Source: Thraustochytrium aureum
Taxonomy: Eukaryota
Assembly: GCA_012862495.1 (NCBI GenBank)
Contig: BLSG01000273.1
Location: 68,853 to 88,852, forward strand
Reading direction: 5' to 3'
DNA length: 20,000 bases
The notes under the pieces were generated by a model that was given only the letters and a program-made list of their open reading frames with translations, made no database searches and was not told the DNA's origin. Every line of letters starts with the position of its first letter. The stretch's first letter is position 1. This document shows positions 1-8,847 of this stretch, one piece after another. The position numbers and the translations under genes were made by a program.

Positions 1-436
1 GCGGGGGCTGGGGCCGCTGGCTGCTCACTCGGTGGCGCTGGCGGCCGGGCTTGCGGATCCGGGGAGCCGTGGCTGTGGCCGTGGTCGTGGCCGTGGCTGT
101 GGCCGCAGCGGCGCTTCAAGCTTGGCTGTGTCTTCTTCCCTGCATACCCCGGGTACCTGCGCCGGAACTCCTCTTCATTGTCGCTTTCTTCCGACTCGGA
201 CTCGCTCTCGTCAAAGCCCCGCGGCTTGTGGTAGATGCAGCACTTGTTGCTCTTCTTGCGGTTCAGGTGCTCGTTGTTCACGACCTTGTCGTCCCAGGTT
301 ACCCGCACCTGCTCGCTCTCGCTCGGGAGCCGGAGCCGCAAAAGCATCGGCGGCTCGACGGCTGCGCCACCTGTGACACCGTGGCGGTGGCCGTCGCAGT
401 CTGGCTGCCGCCGCCGCCACCGTCCGTTGTCGCCAT
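1..436 (-). CDS. YPI1: Protein phosphatase 1 inhibitor-3 (Ypi1/PPP1R11 family), 3' end runs off the window; 5' part has a frame discontinuity
   Basis: Not in the ORF track. Manual translation from ATG 347 gives MLLRLRLPSESEQVRVTWDDKVVNNEHLNRKKSNKCCIYHKPRGFDESESESEESDNEEE...CGHSHGHDHGHSHG. This has the RVxW PP1-docking motif, the NEHL..K.S.KCCIY.KPR signature, an acidic tract and a His-rich tail. The Thr-rich N-terminus MATTDGGGGGSQTATATATV from ATG 436 is 89 nt upstream, so out of frame. Confidence 0.9.
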
Positions 437-1301
437 CGGCCGAGGCGACACCCTGGCTGTGTCGCCCCAATCTCAACGCCCCGCCGCCCTCCACGAGGTA
501 TACAGTGCCCGGCCCCCCTTGCAAGGCTGCGGGGTGTGGCGAGCGTCCAGGTAGTGCGCGTGTGCCAAGTTTTCTCGTCGGGACCTCGGCAGAAGCTGCG
601 CGGCGTGAGCTGCGCGACCGCCAAGCGTTTTCGCGCTTTCGAGAATACTCGTGATCAAGCCAATTCACGAGACGCTCTTTCGTGATCCGTCAACCATCAT
701 GACCGTGCGCTTCGCCACCCACGGTGCGCGGAGAGGGCGCGCGGCGACGGATGGCCGGTCTACTGCCAGGCACCGCGCAAGAACAGGTATTGGTCAGTTG
801 CTCGGTCGGTTTGGACTGGGTATACATTTTGCCAGCGCTCGAGGAAGGCGGCTCCGCCCACAGCCGGAGCTGGCAAGCGGATGGCGTTGTAGCCAGAGCG
901 CGCCCGGACTGCGTCGCTAATCACAAGTAACCTCGACTCGCCAGGGCCCGGCGCTGGTCCCGAGCGCAGAAGCAGACCAGCTGTGCAAGCCGAGGTCAGC
1001 GTGGCGCGGCAAGTCCATCGGCCGTATGCCAAACCGCAGTGGAGTGGGTTCCGAGGTAGTATCTTTCGATGATCTTGATGGCTCGGCTGTTCAACGCCCC
1101 GCATGAAAGCGCGCTGGTTTTGAGGCGACCGATCGCGAGCGAGTAACGGATTCAGTCGGCTCCAGGCAGGAAGATCCCAAATGCGCTGAAGCCACGACCT
1201 CCACGCCAGCTTGATGATGTTGGCAACCCTCCTTGATGATGGCATCAGGCTGTTCGCCTTGCGCATCATTGCCATTGCATGCGTTGGCTGGCGGGTCCAC
1301 T

Positions 1302-1328
1302 GCCACTGGTGCCACTGGTGCCACTGGT
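1302..1328. repeat. Tandem 9-mer (GCCACTGGT)x3
   Basis: Exact copies at 1302, 1311 and 1320. Confidence 0.9.
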
Positions 1329-2213
1329 GCAGCCTGTCTCGCGCTCTAGTAGAGAGAGCTGGCGAGCGCGTTGGCGGAGGATCCTCCCAGCCAAGACCTC
1401 AACTTGTGCACCGCGCAAGATGACTCTGGTGAGGTGAGGCCACACAAAGCGAGGAGACCACTTGGTACAGTGCGTAGGTGGAGTACCTCCCCGCCGCGCG
1501 GCCCGACGGCTTTCCTTTGATCACGATCGACACGCTCGGAAGCCCGTGAGCCCGAACCCGCGCGTGGCGCTCAGTACATCCTGCCCGCGTGCGGCCCCGC
1601 GGCAAACCTCCAGACAAGATGAAGCTATGCGGTATTGCCCAAAATAAGCCGTGTTCCGAATTCAATTTGCATCGCACCCCCAATAGGAACTTTTGCGGTT
1701 GTGCACTGCTCGTTGCACGCGTCAATGTGCAGGAATGGACCGGCCAGTGTGCTCGGTTGACTATGTGCGAGGAGGCTGCTGACTCGATGACTGCTGTTGG
1801 CGCGAGACACGATGGCTGCGTGTGCGGCTGCAGCGAAGCATGGGCTGCTGTCGACAGTCAAGCCACCCTGGCGCAAGCGGATACTACCCTTCATACTTCT
1901 ACCAAGGAGGCTTCTACATCGATCAGCAATGGCATCTGGCATCCTTTGGTTGCCCCCGAGGCTGACGACTTTTCCCTCCTCCAACGAGTTGCCCTTGCCG
2001 CTTGCGCAAGAGGAGGGAGGACCTTGGACCGAACAGTCCGGCCCTCTCCTAGCGCGCGGCGACGGTTGTGCTGTGCACTCAGGCGTCCTTGAGCCGTTCT
2101 GGAAGTGGCTGGCTGGCTCAGGCTCGCTCAGCGAGGTGAGGTGCATCACCAGACCCGAAACACAGGCTGAGGGATTGACCTGCACGGATTGCATCCAGTC
2201 TGACCCTGCGAAA

Positions 2214-3362
2214 ATGAAGCTGTCTGCAGTCGCCGCGGGCGTCGCCGCGGCGGCCGTCTTCCTGGCAGCTGCCCCGGTCGCCCAAGCGACCGAGTTCCCT
2301 TGCCCGTGCGGGTACATCGGCGAGTCGTGCAGCGAGACCGGGTATGTGAACAGAGACGATGTCCAAGTCCCGGCCGTGGTGACCAAGTTTCCCAACGGGA
2401 CGTGCCAGAACGCATGGCTGTGCACGGTCGTCGACGAGCAAGCCAAGTGCGTTTGTAACGGTGGGTTTGACGGCGACCTCTGCGAGAACAAGGTGGAGAT
2501 CATCCTGGGCAGCCTCATCGGCGCCGGCATCGTGATGCCCGTCGGAATCGTCGTAGTGTGCGTCTTGCTGATTCTGCGCAGGGAGAAGAAGAACGGAGGC
2601 AGCGACTGGAAGTTTGACCCCAAGGCGGTCACGCAGGGGCTCGCTTCGCCCAAGGCTCTGCTTGCTTATCGTACGGCGATGTTTCTGTTCGCCTTCACCG
2701 TGCAAGTGGTCCAGTTCGCCAACCGCGCAAACGGAGATTTCACCATTCGCTCCCTGTACCGCTTCTTCACGGTGGTCAACTTCTCGCTGCTCACCGTCTA
2801 CTTTGGAATTGGAACGTATCTTTCTGCCAAGGCCGTGTTCAAGCCGAACGCAGAGCGCCCTGCCGCCCCGACTCGCCTAGAGCGGCTCTTCCTCGTCATG
2901 ATGGAGGTCGAGTTGCCTACCACAGTCCTCATTTGCGTCGTGGTTTGGGCTGTCCTCTTTCCACCGGCGGCGGCGAACGGCACGCCAGAGATGGTGGTGA
3001 ACTTTATGTCCTTTGTGCAGCACGGTGCCAACGTGCTGATGATGCTGGGGGACTTTCTGCTGAACGGGCTGCACTTTCGCCAGTTCCACATCGTGTACAC
3101 GCTGATCTGGGGCGCGATCTACATCATCTACCACAACCTGATCATGCTCGTCGAGTTTAGCCTGGACAAGCCGCACACTCCCTCGTACGGGTTCCTGGGC
3201 TCCACGACGCCGCTGCAGGCTGCCTTTGTCGTGGGCCTGCTCGTGGTCTGTTGGTTCTTCTTTTTCCTCACGACGTTCGGCAACCGCTGCAAGGCCCCAG
3301 AGCCGCAGATGGGCGACGAGGAGGGCGTGGGGTCCAAGTTGGACGTCAATCTGCAGGCCTAG
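2214..3362 (+). CDS. Signal peptide + EGF-like domain + multi-pass membrane domain (Rolling stone / FAR-17a-AIG1-like), 382 aa
   Basis: ATG 2214 (context GAAAATG) starts a signal peptide MKLSAVAAGVAAAAVFLAAAPVAQA. It is followed by CPCGYIGESC and CQNAWLC...KCVCNGGFDGDLCE (EGF-type CxCxxGFxGxxC), one TM helix, then about 6 more hydrophobic helices with LLAYR, YRFFTVVNF, QHGAN..ML.DFLLN and YGFL motifs. The upstream extension to 1797 in the ORF track looks non-coding. Confidence 0.75.
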   Translation: MKLSAVAAGVAAAAVFLAAAPVAQATEFPCPCGYIGESCSETGYVNRDDVQVPAVVTKFPNGTCQNAWLCTVVDEQAKCVCNGGFDGDLCENKVEIILGSLIGAGIVMPVGIVVVCVLLILRREKKNGGSDWKFDPKAVTQGLASPKALLAYRTAMFLFAFTVQVVQFANRANGDFTIRSLYRFFTVVNFSLLTVYFGIGTYLSAKAVFKPNAERPAAPTRLERLFLVMMEVELPTTVLICVVVWAVLFPPAAANGTPEMVVNFMSFVQHGANVLMMLGDFLLNGLHFRQFHIVYTLIWGAIYIIYHNLIMLVEFSLDKPHTPSYGFLGSTTPLQAAFVVGLLVVCWFFFFLTTFGNRCKAPEPQMGDEEGVGSKLDVNLQA

Positions 3363-4174
3363 TCGGCAGGTCCTTTTCAGTTGATTGAACAACACAGTTT
3401 TGACAGACAAGTAAATACCTACATTTGCCTTCTTGTGACCTCCACGCCTGACTCCAAAAACGAAGGTGGTTTTCAAAGTACTGGCCTGCAGCAAACGGAA
3501 CATGCTGGGTACGGGCTGACCATTTACATCGTTCCTTGGGGGGCGCGCCAACCCGAAACGCACGCCCCGGTGCATGGGCCCAAGTCAAAGACGCACAGCG
3601 ATCTGGCCAGGACCTCTTTCTTCTAGCGTGCTTCCTCTCGGATGGCCCAACAGCCAAGCTGGCGCCAGATTGCGCAAAGCGATTCCGCGCGGGGCAGGCA
3701 GAAGTACCCTACCTTGGTCCACCAAGGCATGCAGGCCAGAGTTCTGCCCGGCCTTGCGCCATCCTTCACTTCCCGTCTACAGCAGCACTCGCGTTTGTAG
3801 CTCTAGAGCATAGTCATGAGTGCTCTACGTATCCATAGCTCGCTCGCGCTCGCGCTCGCGCGCCGCCGCGAACGTGATGCTGCGGACCGAGAAGAAACGA
3901 CGCAGAGTTGCAAGGATTTTGAGGCCGTGGCCGTTGCGGCAGCCAGACACAAAAACCAGGCACGCAGGCACAACTCGAAGACCGGCCGGCCGGCAGCGCG
4001 ACGCGAGCAGGCCAAGGCAGCAGAACCCGGCAAAGGGACNNNNNNNNNNNNNNNNNNNNNNNNNNNNNNNNNNNNNNNNNNNNNNNNNNNNNNNNNNNNN
4101 NNNNNNNNNNNNNNNNNNNNNNNNNNNNNNNNNNNNNNNNNNNNNNNNNNNNNNNNNNNNNNNNNNNNNNNNNN

Positions 4175-6440
4175 GCTCGCTTTCGGCGGGTTTGCGGCGC
4201 TGACGCTCAGCGCGGTGCGCGCGAAGAGCCGCACCTTCGACGCGCTCCGATGACTCGAGGAGGTCGACTCGGACCGCGCCCTTGGCTGGGTGAGAGAGCA
4301 AAACGCGGCCAACCCCTTCAGGGGCGAGGGCCCGCAGGCGGACCAGCTCAAGACCATCTTCGACTCGAAAGAAAAGATCCCCTTCGTGAGCAAGGTGAAC
4401 GGCATGTACTACAACTTTTGGAAGGACGACAAGCAGGAGCGCGGGATCTGGCGCAAGACCACGCTCGAGGAGTTCCGCAAAGCCGACCCGAAATGGGAGA
4501 CGGTGATCGACCTCGACGCCCTCTGCGCGGCAGATGGAGAAAAGTGGGTTTGGGCTGGCGCTGCTGTCATCGACCTCGGCCCCGACCAACCTCGCGATCG
4601 CGCCCTGATTAGCCTCTCGCCTGGCGGCGGAGACGCTGTGCATGTGCGCGAGTTCGACATGGTGGCCGAGACATTTCTTGGTGCGGAGGCGAAGCCGTTT
4701 GTGCTCCCTGCGGCGAAGACGACCGTCTCGTACAAGGACCGGGACACCGTGCTGGTATCTACCGACTTTGGGCCGGGCTCGCTGACCACCTCTGGGTACC
4801 CGCGTGTCGTCAAGGAGTGGCGGCGCGGCACGCCGCTCGCCGAGGCAAAGACCGTCTTTGCGGGGGACGCGAGCGACGTGAGCGTGTACGGGTCGTTTAT
4901 GCGCGAGCGTGGCGGCTGCTCGTACCAGCTGACGCGCCAGCGAACGGGGTTTTACACGACGCGCGACTACTTGCACGTTGTGGAAGGCGTGGAAACGCCG
5001 GAAGGCGAACCTGTGGCTGTGCCTGCGGGCGCAGAGCCCATTTTGCTGCCGCTCCCCGACGATGCTTCCGCCGACTTTTACGCTGACCAGGTCCTGATTG
5101 AGCTACGCTCCGAATGGAAGGGCTTCTCGAAGGGTTCACTCCTTGCTGCCGCGGCCCACGTCATCCTGCGCGCCAAAACCGACCAGGACATCGACCGAGC
5201 CGACCTCACCGCCCTCTTCCGCCCAACGGAGCGCGTCGCGCTGCGCGACTACACCAAAACGCGGTCGCTCCTTGTCTTGGGTCTGCTGGACAACATCAAC
5301 AGCAGGCTCGAGGCGCTGCGCTACGAAGGCGCGGGCCGCTGGGTACCTGCACCCGCTCCGGTGCTTGGCGACGGCGGTATTTCCACCGTGGACTGCTGGG
5401 CCGTCGAGTCGAAGATGTCGGACCTGTTGTGGGCCACTACAGAGGCGTTTACAGAGCCCACGACGCTCTCAATCGTGGACGCCACTGGAGGGGCCCCGCC
5501 AGACTCGCTCAAACGCGAGCAGGCGCGCTTCCCAAGCGCCGGCCTCGAGGTGGCGCAGCACGAGGCCACTTCGCTCGACGGCACCAAGGTGCCCTACTTT
5601 CAGGTCAGCAGTGCGGCGCGAAAGGGCTCGCCTGGTCCCACTCTCCTGTATGGGTACGGCGGCTTTGAGATCAGCCTCAAGCCGGCCTACCAGATCACCA
5701 CCGGGGTGTGCTGGCTCGCGAAAGGCTTCACCTATGTCTGTGCCAACATCCGCGGCGGCGGCGAGTTTGGCCCGCAGTGGCACCAGGCCGCCCTCAAGGC
5801 CAACCGCAACAAGGCCTACGAAGACTTTGAGGCGGTCGCCAAGGACCTGGTCGCGCGCGGCGTGACCACGCATAGCCAGCTCGGTGCGATGGGGGGCTCC
5901 AACGGCGGCTTACTCATGGGCAACATGCTTACGAGGAGCCCCGACTTGTTTGGTGGCATTGTCTGCATGGTCCCGTTGTTGGACATGAGGCGCTACTCCA
6001 AGCTCCTGGCGGGCGCCAGCTGGATGGCCGAGTACGGCGACCCGGACACGGCAGACTGGGAGAACTTTTTGCACAAGTACTCGCCGTACCACAACCTGAG
6101 CGCGTCTCGCAAGTACCCGCCAATCCTCTTTACTACCTCGTAAGTTTGCCGCAGAGGCGCGCTGCCGCATTTTGGGTTCCTCGCTGGTCGATTCTTGTGC
6201 CTTTGCTAACCGCGCACGTTTGCTGGCCGTGCGCGCAGAACTCGGGACGATCGCGTGCACCCTGGCCACGCACGCAAGATGGCCAAAAAGATGCTCGACA
6301 TGGGCTGCAAGGACGTTTTCTACTGGGAGAACATCGAGGGCGGCCACGGCGGCTCGAGCACGAACGGGCAGCGCGCGCAGATGTGGGCTGTGGCGTACGA
6401 GTTCCTCGAGCACGTCTTGTCTGATCAAGCTGCGCGCTGA
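4175..6440 (+). CDS. Prolyl oligopeptidase (peptidase S9A); 5' end at or in the gap; exons <4254..6139 and 6239..6440
   Basis: Motifs PTLLYGYGGFEISL, ANIRGGGEFGPQWH and GGSNGGLL (catalytic Ser). Splicing 6140-6238 gives TTSTRDDRVHPGHARK (catalytic Asp) and ENIEGGHG (catalytic His). The N-terminal LEEVDSDRALGWVREQN is preceded by an in-frame TGA at 4251. Confidence 0.93.
6140..6238 (+). other. Spliceosomal intron in the prolyl oligopeptidase gene (99 nt)
   Basis: GTAAGT donor, GCTAAC branch at 6205-6210, CGCAG acceptor. Removal restores the conserved STRDDRVHP motif. Confidence 0.92.
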
Positions 6441-6643
6441 CTGGTTGACCGTCAGCTCACATCAATCGACGTGCTTCTTTCAATGCGAAACAGAGGAAAC
6501 GAGAACGGGGCGGCCGGTCACGGTGAGCGCCATGGGCTGGCCGCGTCGCTTAGCAGCATCGCAGATAATTTTTGTTTCGTCACAGAAAGGTACTCGGGAG
6601 GGATGGATGGGGTTTTTCGGTTGCAGCGAGAACCGCCGTTGTT

Positions 6644-8173
6644 TTACACCGCAGCCAGCTTTTCTACTGGCTCGAGCTTGAACGCGACCACGCCCGCGAT
6701 GACCATGAACACAGAGGCGACCCAGAGGCACATGGAAAGCCCAAACTGCTCTTCAGTGAACTGGTAAATCACACCAGAGGCCATCGTGCCCACGAGACGG
6801 CCCATCGCGTTGGCCATGTAGTAAAAACCGAGGTCCATGGCCGCCTTGTCCTTGCCCGAGTACAGGACAATCAAGTAGCTGTGCACGGACGAGTTGACTG
6901 CGAACAGGAACGCAAAGGCAAACAGCCCGGCGATGAGGACCGCGCCAAGGGCTGCTTGGAGCGGACCCGTCTCGTTCTGCGCCACAAACTCCCGGTACAG
7001 CGGGTACATAATGCTACCCCACACGAGGAGCTGCACGGCGTTGGCAAAGGCCCAGCCTGGGACGTGCTTTTCAGTGGGCGGGCCGTCGAAGCCGGAGCAC
7101 TTGCAGCAGGATCCGCAGCAGCCACACCTGCCGCGCTTGGCGGGCGCAGAGACTTCACCAGAAGGCGAGGACTCCACGTGCTTTTTGGTCTTGTAGAGCT
7201 GCGTTGTCGCGGTCTGGATGTTGCCGTAAACGATTATGTACCCCCCCATAAAGAGGCCCACGGAGAACGCGGGCCACCCAAGCACGCCGCGCAGAAAGAT
7301 TGGCGCAGCGATCTCGAACCACGTGTCGCGGCTCCCGAACAGAAACACGCGCGCAAGAGAGAGCCAGTTGACGTTGGCCGACTTTTGGAAAATAGCCCAG
7401 CTAAACTGGGCCGTCTTGCGGGACCCCTTGCCGAGCGTTGGTTCCATCCACCGCAACGGCACGGGGATGATGAGCACGACGACGCCGAGGAGGACGCCGA
7501 TGGCCGCCTCGAACCCGGCAAACTGGACCAGAATAGCGCCTAAAATGGCGCCAACGCCCTTCAGCGTGTTCTTGAGGCCCGTGACCACCGCGACAAGCTT
7601 GAACAGCTGGTCGTTGGCGTCCGCCTTGGTGACGAGCTTTGGCACCGTCTTGCAGCTGATTTTCATAAAGTCCTTGCTGATCCCGGAGAGCATCTGGCAC
7701 AGCGTGATGTAGACCGTGATCTGCACGCGCTTATCGGCCGGAACTGATGCGTCTGTGGCGCCAAAGATCGGGTTGACCAGCATCAGCAGGGTGAGCCCCA
7801 TGATTTGCAGCACTACCGACGTGAACAGCGTTGCTTTGAGGCCGTACCGCGTGGCGGCGATGCCGCCAAACAAGTTGGTGACGACGCCTGCGACCTCGTA
7901 CAGCGTAAACATGAGCGCGATTTGGATTGGCGTGAACCCGAGGTTGTTTGCGTGGAGCAGGATGATGACTCGAATAGCCCCGTCCGTGATGGTGAACATG
8001 TTGAACGAGTAGACTGTCGCGTACAAGTTGTAGATGCTCGCTACCTCTGCCTCCGCTGGTGCCTTCGCTTCCCCTGCGGCCAGGTTGTCCATGCTCACTA
8101 CCCCGCCCGCCTCGACGCCAACATCATCGACTTGTGCGCCCGTCACGTCGCGCTCACCGGAACTCGGGAGCAT
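6644..8173 (-). CDS. arsJ: Organoarsenical efflux MFS transporter, ArsJ family (intronless)
   Basis: FTITDGAIRVIILLH...GFTPIQIALMFTLYEVAGVVTNLFGG, LSGISKDFMKISCK, LTGLKNTLKGVG-like VTGLKNTLKGVG, ARVFLFGSRDTWF and FAVNSSVHSYLIV...LGFYYMANAMGRLVGT match the ArsJ signature as I recall it. Start is ATG 8173 (alternative 8092); stop is TAA at 6646-6644. Confidence 0.9.
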   Translation of the reverse strand: MLPSSGERDVTGAQVDDVGVEAGGVVSMDNLAAGEAKAPAEAEVASIYNLYATVYSFNMFTITDGAIRVIILLHANNLGFTPIQIALMFTLYEVAGVVTNLFGGIAATRYGLKATLFTSVVLQIMGLTLLMLVNPIFGATDASVPADKRVQITVYITLCQMLSGISKDFMKISCKTVPKLVTKADANDQLFKLVAVVTGLKNTLKGVGAILGAILVQFAGFEAAIGVLLGVVVLIIPVPLRWMEPTLGKGSRKTAQFSWAIFQKSANVNWLSLARVFLFGSRDTWFEIAAPIFLRGVLGWPAFSVGLFMGGYIIVYGNIQTATTQLYKTKKHVESSPSGEVSAPAKRGRCGCCGSCCKCSGFDGPPTEKHVPGWAFANAVQLLVWGSIMYPLYREFVAQNETGPLQAALGAVLIAGLFAFAFLFAVNSSVHSYLIVLYSGKDKAAMDLGFYYMANAMGRLVGTMASGVIYQFTEEQFGLSMCLWVASVFMVIAGVVAFKLEPVEKLAAV

Positions 8174-8662
8174 GGCGGCAGCTCGCTTATCTAAGATGTG
8201 GTAGGTCCTCAAACCCCGCTCCAAAGTTCGCGTCCACCCCGGTGTCTCGCCCCGGTGTCTTCGGTGCTTGGGCGTTTGGCGTTGGGTGTCTGCGATCTGA
8301 CCTGCGCGGGGCTCGCGTGCGCGCCAAGGAGCCCAAGCAACAAGTAGCCGTTCGACGACGCGTCGGGCAAAACCTTCTCACAGCGGTATTCTCCGTCGCG
8401 AAAGGCCTCTCGGACATTCTCGCCCACAAGCTCCACACGCTTCGAATCTTCAGTCTGGTGGATGCCTTGGTCGTGAGCGCGCTGTTGTACGTCCTGCATG
8501 AGACGGACTTTACGACTTCACTTTTTTTTCCGTCGAGAGCCGTTCGCCGGAACGCGCAGAGCACACCAATGAAAGGATGCTTGAGAGGAACGCACCGGCA
8601 TGGTGTGTGCGAAACGCTTTTGACTGGACTCATCCCCGTTGACGAGCGAGAGATTGATTGAA

Positions 8663-8677
8663 CGATCGATCGATCGA
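8663..8677. repeat. (CGAT)n self-complementary microsatellite in the arsJ/RRP5 divergent intergenic region
   Basis: cgatcgatcgatcga; a (CGGA)/(CGGT) run also lies near 8790-8813. Confidence 0.7.
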
Positions 8678-8847
8678 CTCGAGAGCGCGCGCACTTAGCA
8701 AGCGACTGAACAGGCGCAGCGAGTGCGGACCGCCGCGCAGCAGTGGGCCAAGCGCTGGACGGCCATCGAGCGGTAGATCGACGCTGTGCACGGACGGACG
8801 GTCGGTCGGTCGGTTGTGCCCGTGGTCTGTTTGTTGAAGCGGGGCTG

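Noticed and set aside
760..1275. 171-aa minus ORF containing ARSGYNAIRL...AAF, faintly like a reverse transcriptase motif
   Set aside because: No downstream PFG/YxDD motifs, no LTRs, and composition looks non-coding.
1797..2213. 139-aa N-terminal extension of the EGF/membrane ORF
   Set aside because: Starts at a non-ATG codon and has no recognisable features; a clean signal peptide begins at ATG 2214.
3460..3474. ACGAAGGTGGTTTTC, matching part of vertebrate U1 snRNA as I remember it
   Set aside because: No ATACTTACCTG 5' end, Sm site or stem-loop framework around it; probably chance.
4251..4253. Genome-wide TGA=Trp reassignment or selenocysteine
   Set aside because: TGA terminates sideroflexin, the peptidase, the BAG-like gene and the LEA_2 gene; the aligned residue is Trp, not Cys.
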